DNA from: Methanomassiliicoccaceae archaeon UBA328
GTDB lineage: Archaea; Thermoplasmatota; Thermoplasmata; Methanomassiliicoccales; Methanomethylophilaceae
NCBI GenBank assembly: GCA_002506905.1
Contig: DAYM01000004.1
Coordinates: 16,147-80,146, forward strand
Length of the DNA stretch: 64,000 nucleotides
Reading direction: 5' to 3'
Numbering within the stretch: the first letter of the stretch is position 1; the number at the start of each line of letters is the position of its first letter. Both the position numbers and the translations under genes were made by a program. Positions 51,101 to 60,394 of the stretch are shown here, in pieces. The notes beneath the pieces were generated by a model. That model ran no database searches and had not been told where the DNA came from. It saw only the letters and a program-made list of their open reading frames with translations.

Positions 51101-52081
51101 ATGATAACCCTGGGCATTGAAGGCACGGCGCACACTCTCGGAGTGGGTGTCGTGGATTCCGAGAAGAAGGTCCTGTCCAACGTTCTGGACATGTACAGAC
51201 CGCCGGAAGGCGGGCTCCATCCCAGAGAGGCGGCGAACCATCATGCAGATGTCGTCGCGGATATCATAACCAGGTCCGTCAAGGAAGCCGGTATCACGCT
51301 CAATGATGTGGATCTTATCTCATTCTCTATGGGTCCAGGACTCGGACCCTGTCTCAGGGTCGCGGCAACTGCCGCACGTTCGTTATCGTGCCGTCTCGGA
51401 ATACCGATCATCGGCGTGAATCACTGCATAGCGCACATCGAGATAGGCAACGCGACTACCGGTTGCACCGATCCGGTCCTCCTCTATGCTTCGGGCGGAA
51501 ATACCCAGATCATCGCATATTCCGATAAGAGATACCGTATCTTCGGAGAGACGCAGGATGTGGGTATCGGCAACATGCTTGACAAGCTCGGAAGGGAGCT
51601 CGGTCTCGGTTTCTATGCCGGTCCGACCATTGAGAAATTGGCCAAGGGAGGAGACAGGCTTCTCGATCTCCCTTATTCCGTAAAAGGGATGGACATCTCT
51701 TTCTCGGGCATCATGACCGCTGCGCTGGCACTCAAGGATCGCGGAGAACGTTTGGAAGACATCGCCATGTCCGTCCAGGAAACGGCGTTCGGAATGCTCA
51801 CGGAGGTCACAGAACGCGCGATGGCCCATGTGGGAAAAGATGAGGTCCTTCTCGGAGGCGGTGTCGCCCAGAACATGCGCCTGAGGGAGATGGTCGATAC
51901 CATGGCCAAGGAACGCGGTGCGAAGATGTACTGTCCGGACAGAAGGTTCTGCATGGACAACGGGGCCATGATAGCGTGGCTCGGGAATATAATGTACAAC
52001 TCCGGGGTCAGGATGTCCATAGAGGACACCGAGGTCAGGCAGAGATTCAGGACCGACGAGGTCAGTGTCACGTGGCGCTGA
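51101..52081 (+). CDS. kae1: tRNA N6-adenosine threonylcarbamoyltransferase Kae1 (KEOPS)
   Basis: 326 aa. Contains LGIEGTAHT, GVNHCIAHIE and GGGVAQN. Not fused to Bud32. Confidence 0.9.
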   Translation: MITLGIEGTAHTLGVGVVDSEKKVLSNVLDMYRPPEGGLHPREAANHHADVVADIITRSVKEAGITLNDVDLISFSMGPGLGPCLRVAATAARSLSCRLGIPIIGVNHCIAHIEIGNATTGCTDPVLLYASGGNTQIIAYSDKRYRIFGETQDVGIGNMLDKLGRELGLGFYAGPTIEKLAKGGDRLLDLPYSVKGMDISFSGIMTAALALKDRGERLEDIAMSVQETAFGMLTEVTERAMAHVGKDEVLLGGGVAQNMRLREMVDTMAKERGAKMYCPDRRFCMDNGAMIAWLGNIMYNSGVRMSIEDTEVRQRFRTDEVSVTWR

Positions 52082-53423
52082 TCTGAGCACCCAGTATCTT
52101 GTCCAGACAATCCAAGAACTCTTCCAGTCTGGAGGATTCGAACGAACCGCCGCTGGCTATTTTGTGTCCGCCGCCGTTCCCGCCTACGGATTCGCAGGAA
52201 AGCCTCATTGCGACGGAAAGGTCCACACCTCTGTCGAGCTGGTCCCAAGTTCCTCTTGACGATATTTTGGCAAGGCTTTCGGACGTGTTGATACCGATGG
52301 TGGGTTTCGACGGAACTCCGATGAAGTTCATTGCTATGCCGCATACGATGCCGGTGAATCCGGATTGGGAGCTGTCGAACCATTGGAAGTTCTCCCTCTG
52401 TTTCAATCCGTTCTTCTCCAACATGAGGACGCCGTCCATGATCTGCCTCTTGGATACGGTCTCGAGTTCCATGGCCTTGCTGCAGCAATCCCTGTCTCCC
52501 ATTCCGAGGCCGACGCCGACGCCGTTGAGTCCGAGACGTCCGCAGCCGTTCATGAGGGATGCCAGTGCTTCGGCGTCCATGTTCCAATCCCTGAGGAAAT
52601 ACCTCTGGCGGGATACCTCGTTAAGGGTCTGCTGGCTCACTCCCTGCTGAACAAGTTTCACGGCTATGAGGGAGGTGAGTTTCCTTTTCTCCTCGTCCGT
52701 GAGGTCTTTGTAATGTTTGTTGTGTGCGATGCCCGCATCGTCCAGGAGCTTTGTGACGCCTTCTTCGCAGCCGCTCACTCCGCGGATGTAGGGGTCTGTG
52801 GACATGAACAATGCCGAACTCAGGTCCCCGTAAGGTATGAGCGAACCGTCCATGACCTCCACAAGGCCTCTTTTCACGCCTTCTTCGAGAAGGTAGACGT
52901 TGAGCCCGAGGATGCCGTTGATATGCTGTCTGTCTCCCGCGATGCCTCCGAACGCGACCTGCACCAGGTCCCAGTTCTTCTCGCTCAGTGTGATGGCGAA
53001 TAAGAAAGCCATCGTTGCTCCGCACCCCGAGGTCATGCCGTCGATCCCGTAAAGATGCGGGTTCGCGTAGCAGATCCTCTCTGCCTTGTCCACGATGGTG
53101 TGGTGGTCCAGGACCACGATGTCGCGGTCCATCGCATCGAGTTCCCTGATGTAGGAAGCTCCGAGATCGCTGATGACGATGCATTCTGCGGGAGTATTCC
53201 TGATGATCTCCATGTTGGGATCGTTCAGGGTAGTGAAAAGCGTGACCCTGAATTCCTTTCCCTCACGGAGAAGCGCCTTTGCGATGATCGAGGCGGCAGT
53301 TATGCCGTCGGCATCGTAATGTGAGTATACCTGAATGTAATCGTGGCTGCGGACGATGTCCGCAGCTTTAGATAAATGATTAAGAAGTTTGGAAGGTAGG
53401 ACGGAATCGTCCATGGTCCTCAC
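52068..53423 (-). CDS. RecJ-like DHH/DHHA1 phosphoesterase
   Basis: 451 aa. Contains HYDADGITAASI, VVLDHH and a C-terminal GGGHKIASG. Confidence 0.8.
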   Translation of the reverse strand: MRTMDDSVLPSKLLNHLSKAADIVRSHDYIQVYSHYDADGITAASIIAKALLREGKEFRVTLFTTLNDPNMEIIRNTPAECIVISDLGASYIRELDAMDRDIVVLDHHTIVDKAERICYANPHLYGIDGMTSGCGATMAFLFAITLSEKNWDLVQVAFGGIAGDRQHINGILGLNVYLLEEGVKRGLVEVMDGSLIPYGDLSSALFMSTDPYIRGVSGCEEGVTKLLDDAGIAHNKHYKDLTDEEKRKLTSLIAVKLVQQGVSQQTLNEVSRQRYFLRDWNMDAEALASLMNGCGRLGLNGVGVGLGMGDRDCCSKAMELETVSKRQIMDGVLMLEKNGLKQRENFQWFDSSQSGFTGIVCGIAMNFIGVPSKPTIGINTSESLAKISSRGTWDQLDRGVDLSVAMRLSCESVGGNGGGHKIASGGSFESSRLEEFLDCLDKILGAQISAT

Positions 53424-53875
53424 TTAAGCATGAGCTCTGCGTTGCTGAGCGAATACTTCCAGGTCATGGGGAGAACGCCGTTACGTTTGTAGTAGCGCTC
53501 CAGTCTCCTGATCCTGGCTTCGATGAGGTCGAGTCCCCTCTTGTTGGCGACATCTCCCTTGTTGTCCCTCATGTGGACACTAAGGTTGATCGCACGCCTC
53601 ATGAGGTTCGAGAGGTCTTCAGGAAGTGTTGCGGCAACACCTTTCTCTTTCATGATCTCTGTGACCGTTTTGCCGGTTGCGAGTTTCACGTTAGGTACAC
53701 CGTACTGATCTCTGAGGATAAGTCCGATCTTTGCGGAAACCATTCCTTCTTTAGCGAAGCTGACGATGAGGTCCTCGATTTCGGTGGCACTGAGAGGAAC
53801 CCACGACGGGTTTTCGCTGATCATAGGGCGCTTCGAACAGGATTTGCCCTTCTTTCTTGTTTGCATTCTTGCCAT
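53420..53875 (-). CDS. rps15: 30S ribosomal protein S15 (S15P/S13e)
   Basis: 151 aa. Contains MARMQTRKKGKS.., GLILRDQYGVPNVK and IRRLERYYK. Confidence 0.9.
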   Translation of the reverse strand: MARMQTRKKGKSCSKRPMISENPSWVPLSATEIEDLIVSFAKEGMVSAKIGLILRDQYGVPNVKLATGKTVTEIMKEKGVAATLPEDLSNLMRRAINLSVHMRDNKGDVANKRGLDLIEARIRRLERYYKRNGVLPMTWKYSLSNAELMLK

Positions 53876-54151
53876 ATTTTGATTCTCCGATCAATTATAT
53901 AGGCGGCGAGGCTTAATAGGATGGAAGGTCAACGAGTATTAAAAGGTTGCACCTGTCCGTTGAATGGATCAACTGTCAACATGTCGGATAGCAATCTCGA
54001 AATAGGTATTCTTTTTTTGTAAAAAAAGGGCGTCTGTTATTCCCTCATGAAAGATGCAATCGGAAGACCGTATGGATCTCAGAGTGATATCGGAGCGCCC
54101 AACCATCTAGACGATCTCGAGAAAAGATTCGACAGGGTCTCCCGCTGACCG

Positions 54152-54400
54152 TCACCAAGGCGGATTGCCGGTCCTGTCGAGGGTATCGTTGTATTCTTTG
54201 ACGTACTGATGCGTCAGGATCAGACCTGCGATCCACACGACCAGACATCCCAGGAACGGTAACAGGAAAAAGAAACCGAGAGCGAAACAGACGATGTTCA
54301 GGATCATCAGGATCATTCCCTCCAAAGATTTTCCGACCACAAATACTCCCAATCCCGGGAAAATTATGCTGAGGATCATCATGATCCCCTCATCCCTCAT
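54152..54400 (-). CDS. Small two- to three-TM protein; downstream half of a split zinc-ribbon/TM gene
   Basis: MRDEGIMMILSIIFPGLGVFVVGKSLEGMILMILNIVCFALGFFFLLPFLGCLVVWIAGLILTHQY. Its ATG is created by the 7-bp duplication at 54390..54403. Confidence 0.5.
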   Translation of the reverse strand: MRDEGIMMILSIIFPGLGVFVVGKSLEGMILMILNIVCFALGFFFLLPFLGCLVVWIAGLILTHQYVKEYNDTLDRTGNPPW

Positions 54401-54575
54401 CCCTGTGTTCCGAATACTTGGGCTGACTTCCTCTGGCACCGGCGCTGGGATCGTTCCTCGTAGTATCGTTGGGATCGAATCCGGGGCCTTCGGTCTTGGG
54501 AAGCTCTTTTCCGCAGATGACGCAGAACATCGACGTATCGTCGTTCTTCGCACCGCAGTACGGACAATAGGACAT
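54390..54575 (-). CDS. Zinc-ribbon protein; upstream half of a split gene
   Basis: MSYCPYCGAKNDDTSMFCVICGKEL. It ends HRDEG-TGA inside the duplicated heptamer. Confidence 0.5.
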   Translation of the reverse strand: MSYCPYCGAKNDDTSMFCVICGKELPKTEGPGFDPNDTTRNDPSAGARGSQPKYSEHRDEG

Positions 54576-54614
54576 GATGAATCAATCGGGTCGGCCGTAT
54601 TTACAATTTGTCGG

Positions 54615-54971
54615 TCAACGTGCCTCGTTGACGGCATTCCGGGCCCAGGGAACGGTATCTTCGTACTCTTCCCTGTCAAACGAGAGATCCTTCGGCAGTT
54701 CGGAGAACAGTTCCGTCTTCATCTCGCATTCGTCAGATACCTTATCCAAAAGAACAGCGGCGCACACGTCGCAGTATCCGATATCCCTGGTCTTGACGAT
54801 CCTGATATCATGGCCGGATTCTTCGATGAATTCCCTTCTGGCGGCCTGTTCGGAGGTTTCCCCATCCTCTACATGGCCTCCCGGCATCTCCCATCCTTTT
54901 CTCTTCGGATGGTACACCATCAGGAACACCCCGTCCCTGAAAGCAATGGCATAGGCGGTCCTGTGGGTCAT
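54615..54971 (-). CDS. Nudix hydrolase
   Basis: 118 aa. Nudix box GGHVEDGETSEQAARREFIEESG. Confidence 0.85.
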   Translation of the reverse strand: MTHRTAYAIAFRDGVFLMVYHPKRKGWEMPGGHVEDGETSEQAARREFIEESGHDIRIVKTRDIGYCDVCAAVLLDKVSDECEMKTELFSELPKDLSFDREEYEDTVPWARNAVNEAR

Positions 54972-54972
54972 T

Positions 54973-55677
54973 TCAATCCTTCCTGAAAACGATCATCTGA
55001 TGTGAATCCTCGAAAGGTTCCAGACTCCTGGAATCGAGGATCCTGTAGCCTCTCTTTTTCAAGGTCTCCTCGGACATTCTGAATACGGCCGCGGGTGCGG
55101 ATGTGACGTCTTCGGACCTCGCCTTGATGGCGACCATTCCCGTTCTTGCTCCGAACATCTCCATGTTATCGGCGATTATTCCGGCTTGGTTCTTTTGGGC
55201 CACGTCCGCATAGACGATATCGATGCCGTCGACCGCGAATTGGTATTCGGACGGATTGGTGGCATCTGCGAGTATGGGCATCATGTTCGGTCTGCGGTCG
55301 CATGTCTTCACCAGTTCCCTGAACATGCGGGGGGCGAATTCGACGCAGAACACCTTCCCTTCCGAAACGATATCGGAAACATGGGACGGGGTCGTACCGC
55401 TGGAAGCTCCGAGATACAATACCCTGCTGTCCTTTCTGAACGGGAATTCCCTGCCGTTATTGGTCAGATACGCAGACAGTTTGCTTCTGCGCGGGGACCA
55501 TTCGCGGTATTCCTTCCCGTCTTTGGATACCAGACGTTCCCCGTACACTCTGTTTCCGGGGTCCGCGGACAATGTGAAAAGTCTTCCGCGGTCGGAGAAT
55601 ACTGTATCTGAGGTTCCGTCCAAAGGTTCCATGGCAGGCCGATGGGTGTGCCGATATATTGAATCTTTGAGGTTCAC
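54973..55677 (-). CDS. flpA: Fibrillarin-like rRNA/tRNA 2'-O-methyltransferase
   Basis: 234 aa. Contains VYGERLV..YREWSPRRSKLSA, VLYLGASSGTTPSHVSDI and ILADA..P..Y. Confidence 0.9.
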   Translation of the reverse strand: MNLKDSIYRHTHRPAMEPLDGTSDTVFSDRGRLFTLSADPGNRVYGERLVSKDGKEYREWSPRRSKLSAYLTNNGREFPFRKDSRVLYLGASSGTTPSHVSDIVSEGKVFCVEFAPRMFRELVKTCDRRPNMMPILADATNPSEYQFAVDGIDIVYADVAQKNQAGIIADNMEMFGARTGMVAIKARSEDVTSAPAAVFRMSEETLKKRGYRILDSRSLEPFEDSHQMIVFRKD

Positions 55678-55686
55678 AGGAGCCTT

Positions 55687-56201
55687 TCAATTTCTCAGGC
55701 ATCCTATGGGCAGTACGAAGACCCCGTCCTCGCGGACATACGCATATTCCGTACTGGTTATTACCGCCATGAAGGATGGGTTTCCCACATTGTCCGTGTT
55801 GACAGTTGTTGAACCCGTGAGGATATACAGTCCCGTTTCATTTCTCAGATCGACGCTGAGCCTCACCGAGTCCCAAAGCTGCGGCGCTACCTGCCATTCG
55901 CCTATCAGCCGCGGATTGTCTCCCTTGAGAAGTTCAGAAGGTTTCAATTTTGCAAGGGCCGGATTCCTGTCCTTTGATCTCAGTCCTGCATTCTCAGAAC
56001 ACTTTTTGACAGTTGCGAGGCCGTTGTTGTTTTCCCACACCATTTAGGGCCCATGATCAATACGGCGCCAAATGCTTCCAGATCATCTTTCAATTCTTCA
56101 TCTGCAAGTCTTGGGATGTATCCGGTCATGTGTTGATCATAGTGTTCCGAGTATGATATGTATCGGTTTTGCGGCATTGTTATTCGATACATCCGGCCCA
56201 T
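55687..56201 (-). pseudogene. AAA_14/DUF4143-type ATPase remnant (frameshift plus large internal deletion)
   Basis: N-terminal piece with Walker A (IMGPKWCGKTTTASQLSKSVLRMQD, stop). A second frame continues RSKDRNPALAKLKPSELLKGDNPRLIGEWQVAPQLWDSVRLSVDL..GLYILTGS and then jumps to a C-terminal tail (AYVREDGVFVLPIGCL). Total is about 170 codons, where I recall about 400 for this family. Confidence 0.7.
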
Positions 56202-56267
56202 TTATTTCACAAAAAACCGTTGTTGCCGACAAAACTATAACCGCACGCGTGCAATGCAGTAACCATC

Positions 56268-57875
56268 ATGACACTCATGGAGACCCTGAGAGCGATCGCA
56301 GATGCGGTAGAGGATGCCATTTCGAAGATCCCCGACGGAGAGAGGGGATCCCCTCTCGGTATGGGGGCGGACGGCACGACAACATCGCAGATCGACAAGA
56401 TCGCAGAGAATACGGTCCTCGATTACATCGTAAGGAACAATGTGCCTCTGAACATTCTCAGTGAGGAGATAGGGTTCGTCGATAACGGAGCATCGGAGAC
56501 GCTGGTCCTCGACCCCATAGACGGAACGTCCAACGCTATCGCAGGCGTACCTATGTTCACGATCTCCATGGCGGTCGGAAAGGACAGGCTCAGCAACATC
56601 CACACGGCGCTCCTCAGGAATCTGGTCACAGAGGACGAGATGGTCGCCGAGAAAGGAAAAGGGGCCTTCAAGAACGGAGTTCCCATGCATGTGGCATCGA
56701 ACGTCGATGTAAGGGAGCTGTGCCTTCTCATATATCTCGGCAAGAGCGCCCATCCCGATTCGTTCGCTTTGGCGAAAAGGGTCAGTTCTTCGCGTTCCTA
56801 CGGCTGCGCATCCTTGGAGATGGAATTGGTCGCCGAAGGCAAGGCCGAGGCGTACTACATGAATTCCGAGAAGTACAGCAGGGAGATCAGGGTCGTGGAC
56901 ATCGCCGCGAGCTATCTTCTGCTGAAGGAGGCCGGCGGAGAGATCCTGGACCTCGAAGGGAAGCCTTTCGACATGCCTTTCGATCTCGAGATACGTTCCA
57001 ACTTCATCGCATTCTGCGAGAGGAAGGTCTATGATTTCATCATGAAGAAGGAGAGCCGCACGGAGAAGCACGTATACGGCATCTGCGCGAACATGAACAT
57101 CTCCAACGTCGTGGATTACGCCAACCGCGTGATCAAGGCGCTCAGCGGGCAGGAGATAGTCCTCGAAGAGGACATCGCCAAGGCGCTGAACAGGCCCGGT
57201 ACCCCGTTGGGGGACATGGAGGTCGACATTATGATCACCATCGGCGGAGACGGTACGATCCTCAGGACCCTAATGAAGAACGATGCCCCCCTCGTAGGCA
57301 TCAATGCGGGAGGCGTGGGTTTCCTGGCAGATGTCGACGTGGAAGATATCGAAGAAGGCATCAAAAGACTGGTCAGCGGAGATTACACGATCGAGGAAAG
57401 GACCAGGGTGGTCGCCCGTTGCAACAGCGAGGACCTCGCAGATGCGGTCAACGAGGTCGTTGTACACACGGATACCATCGCGAAGATCAGGCATTTCAAG
57501 GTCTACGTGGACGATCATCTCATGACCGAGGTCCGTGCGGACGGTATCATCGTTTCCACGCCCACCGGTTCTACATGCTACGCAATGAGCCTCGGTGCCC
57601 CGATCATCGATCCGAAGGTCAACGGCATGGTCATCGTCCCGATGGCGGCCTACAAGTTCGCATCAAGGCCTTTCGTGGTCCCCATCGGAGCGAAGGTCAC
57701 CATAGAATCCATCACCGACAGGGGATGCCTTATAGTCGCGGACGGACAGGAGGAGTTCCCCATGGAAGGGAAGAGCTCCGTCACGATCATGGCATCCGGC
57801 CGCAAGTCCAGATTCATAATGTTCAATACGGATTTCTACAGGCGCGTGCGTGAGAAGTTGGTGAACGCTATATGA
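56268..57875 (+). CDS. Bifunctional inositol-monophosphatase-family NADP phosphatase / NAD kinase
   Basis: 535 aa. N-terminal half has LVLDPIDGTSNA; C-terminal half has the NAD kinase motif ITIGGDGTILR and VSTPTGSTCYA. I recall the same fusion in Methanocaldococcus MJ0917. Confidence 0.85.
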   Translation: MTLMETLRAIADAVEDAISKIPDGERGSPLGMGADGTTTSQIDKIAENTVLDYIVRNNVPLNILSEEIGFVDNGASETLVLDPIDGTSNAIAGVPMFTISMAVGKDRLSNIHTALLRNLVTEDEMVAEKGKGAFKNGVPMHVASNVDVRELCLLIYLGKSAHPDSFALAKRVSSSRSYGCASLEMELVAEGKAEAYYMNSEKYSREIRVVDIAASYLLLKEAGGEILDLEGKPFDMPFDLEIRSNFIAFCERKVYDFIMKKESRTEKHVYGICANMNISNVVDYANRVIKALSGQEIVLEEDIAKALNRPGTPLGDMEVDIMITIGGDGTILRTLMKNDAPLVGINAGGVGFLADVDVEDIEEGIKRLVSGDYTIEERTRVVARCNSEDLADAVNEVVVHTDTIAKIRHFKVYVDDHLMTEVRADGIIVSTPTGSTCYAMSLGAPIIDPKVNGMVIVPMAAYKFASRPFVVPIGAKVTIESITDRGCLIVADGQEEFPMEGKSSVTIMASGRKSRFIMFNTDFYRRVREKLVNAI

Positions 57876-58246
57876 AGAAGATATACGGTGTAAGTGTGGA
57901 TTTCATCGACGGGTTCAACGCATCTGCCAAATCCACCTATCCCGACGAGTTCATCTGTTTTCACAGGGCGGAGGAAGGGGTCGTCACGGAGATGGTCCTT
58001 GTTCCCGGTTCGGTATTCGGAGAGAGCCACAGTTTCATAAACGAATGGATGGCGCCGGTGGATTTCGAGATGTCCGGTTCGGCCCATTCCCATCCGGGTT
58101 ATTCCAACGAGGCCTCGGATGCGGATCTGACGTTCTTCAGCCACATGGGCGGGGTGCATTTCATAACGTGCCAGCCTTACGACAGAACCAGCTGGAAAGC
58201 GTACAATTCGAGCGGCGAGGTCATAGAACTGGAACTCGTCTTCTGA
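57872..58246 (+). CDS. JAMM/MPN-domain metalloprotease
   Basis: 124 aa. HSHPGYSNEASDAD matches HxHx7Sx2D. Overlaps the upstream gene as ATGA. Confidence 0.8.
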   Translation: MKKIYGVSVDFIDGFNASAKSTYPDEFICFHRAEEGVVTEMVLVPGSVFGESHSFINEWMAPVDFEMSGSAHSHPGYSNEASDADLTFFSHMGGVHFITCQPYDRTSWKAYNSSGEVIELELVF

Positions 58247-59644
58247 TCAGAGACATTTGATGACCATTTCTTTGGCCTGTTCCATCATACATACGGCGTA
58301 GGCCTTGTCTTTGGCCTCCGAGACGATGTCGACGTAACCGTCGCTGTCCGTGCTGAAGGAAATGGAGAACCAGCCGAATTCCAATTCGACCCTCCATCCT
58401 TTCACGGTATAGACTCCAGAGCAGTCTAGCTTCGAGATCTCATTGTCGATCTTCTTGCTGAACATCTCGCGGTTGGCAGTAGGGGAATGTACGACATGCT
58501 GGTCTTTGACGGTGCCCAATCCTATCGGGGCGTAGCGGACGACATCGTTCAATACCACATACTTGGGGAACGATGTTGTCGTGTTGCGTATGCTGTTGCT
58601 TCCGGAGAGTTCGGAAAGGATGGTACCTGTGAGAATACCGTCGGGGCAGAGCGAATGATCGGCGTAGATGAATTCCCAATCATCGGTGACGCCGAGGCCT
58701 CCGTTGTCTTTCAGAGCGGATGTGGTGGCCTCCATGCTTCCGTCGGTCTTGATGATCTTCCTGGAACCTGTTTCTTGGACGTCGGTCTTGATCTTGCCGA
58801 TATTTCCCCAGAATGCATCGGTGATGAGCGAGGTGGAATCCACGGGTATTACCAGTACGGACGGTTTGAGATACAGAAGGAGAAGTGCCAGGGTCTCTTC
58901 GGGGGAGATATATCTTCCTCCCTCGTCGATAAGGGCCATACGGGTGCCGTTCCCGTTGAGGGCGATACCGACGGTACCGAGGTTGGCAGCGACCAATTCG
59001 TTCATATCGGAGATATCGGTCTTGCTGATACCGGGCTGTCTGGGCCTGTATTCGGGATCGACCTGACCGTTCAGACAGACAAGGTCGCATCCGATCCCTG
59101 CGAGGACCTGGGGTGCGCATTTCGCGGTGCAGTTGCATCCGCAGTCCAGAATGAGGGGGGAGCCATGCGCATCGCGTCCTTTCGTCAGCCTGCCGATGTA
59201 TCTTTTGGCGACATTTGTGAGCGGGCGGACCTTTCCTACGTTCTTGTAATCCTGAAGGGTTAAGGTATGCTCGTTGTATCTGGTTATGATGTTCCTGTAC
59301 ATCTCGTTGTTGAATTCGGCGCCGTCGGAATCATACATTACGACATCGGCGATCTTGCCGGTGCTGTCGGGAGAACCGATCATGACGGTGCAGTCCATGT
59401 TCTTTGCGGACAGAAGTACCGCGGGAGCCGGCATGACACCTGCATCCCAGACGTTCGTTCCTACTGCAAGCAGACCCGATACCAGGGCATTCCTCATCAT
59501 CATGCTGCTCGGATCCATATCGATCCCGATGGCAACGTCTTTACCTTTTCCGCCAAGGATATTTCCGAGTATGATCATGTCTTCGGGCGTCGGACGCCTG
59601 CTCTTTGCGGCGGCTAGACTGACGGCCGATATTGCTTCTCCCAT
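58247..59644 (-). CDS. Phosphohexomutase-fold protein with degenerate catalytic motifs
   Basis: 465 aa with GlmM/PMM-like architecture, but the phosphoserine loop reads MIGSPDSTGK (expected TASHNP), the metal loop reads GIALNGNGTRMALID (expected DGDGDR), the sugar loop reads DDWEFIYADH (expected GEeSGH) and the phosphate loop reads SFSTDSDGY (expected RpSGTEP). Confidence 0.65.
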   Translation of the reverse strand: MGEAISAVSLAAAKSRRPTPEDMIILGNILGGKGKDVAIGIDMDPSSMMMRNALVSGLLAVGTNVWDAGVMPAPAVLLSAKNMDCTVMIGSPDSTGKIADVVMYDSDGAEFNNEMYRNIITRYNEHTLTLQDYKNVGKVRPLTNVAKRYIGRLTKGRDAHGSPLILDCGCNCTAKCAPQVLAGIGCDLVCLNGQVDPEYRPRQPGISKTDISDMNELVAANLGTVGIALNGNGTRMALIDEGGRYISPEETLALLLLYLKPSVLVIPVDSTSLITDAFWGNIGKIKTDVQETGSRKIIKTDGSMEATTSALKDNGGLGVTDDWEFIYADHSLCPDGILTGTILSELSGSNSIRNTTTSFPKYVVLNDVVRYAPIGLGTVKDQHVVHSPTANREMFSKKIDNEISKLDCSGVYTVKGWRVELEFGWFSISFSTDSDGYVDIVSEAKDKAYAVCMMEQAKEMVIKCL

Positions 59645-59830
59645 GACAATTGGTAGAGAGTAACGTCTTGATATTATTTGTCATGGTGACTTTTTGTGTC
59701 TGGCTCATTTTTTGTTACTCGGAAACCTTCAAAAATACCCAAAATCGTCATTTTTTCGCATAACCTTTATATACCTCACACCTGAATATTTTTTCCGGCA
59801 TGCCATCTGGCATGAGGGAGGGAAAATCCA

Positions 59831-60049
59831 ATGGTAATGGAAAAAATCGATCTCGCAAAAGCAAAGACAATTGCGAACAACAAAGGACTGAAACCTGGAA
59901 AGGTCAAAGGTACTCAGGGTGTGCAGTTCACGAAAGGAAAGAACAACAGACTTGATGTCATCGACTGGGCAGAGTTCGAGCAGATCCTTAAAAAGAGGGG
60001 ACTTGCCATCTACGAGTCCGGTGGATGGATGAAGATCATGAAAGTGTAA
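59831..60049 (+). CDS. Hypothetical small basic protein
   Basis: 72 aa. GAGGGAGGG precedes the ATG, TTTATATA lies about 60 nt upstream, and a hairpin follows the stop codon. Confidence 0.45.
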   Translation: MVMEKIDLAKAKTIANNKGLKPGKVKGTQGVQFTKGKNNRLDVIDWAEFEQILKKRGLAIYESGGWMKIMKV

Positions 60050-60180
60050 GCTTTCTGACAACACCGTAAACTTTCCTGCATGCCTGTGAGGGGCATGCAA
60101 ACAACCTTTTCAACGATTCTGAATTGTCTGCGACGGCAATCGCAAGCATTAATTATAAGGAAGCAATTGGCATTCTTACT

Positions 60181-60264
60181 GCAAGGGTAGTCAAGCCTGG
60201 CCAACGACGTTAGGTTCAGGGCCTAATCCTTAGTGGTCCGTGGGTTCAAATCCCATCCCTTGCA
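60181..60264 (+). tRNA. tRNA-Leu (anticodon CAG), CCA not encoded
   Basis: Acceptor GCAAGGG/CCCTTGC; anticodon arm TTAGG-TTCAGGG-CCTAA; long variable arm; T arm GTGGG-TTCAAAT-CCCAT; discriminator A. Confidence 0.9.
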
Positions 60265-60394
60265 CTCATATATTATTCAGCATCTCATCATCCGGGCAGG
60301 GCCTTTAATTCTGTTCTGATGATCATCTGCGCATGTCTGGCACATGTAAATAAAAGTGATCCTCTCCCTGACGGGAGAGGAGGTATTGATCGGT

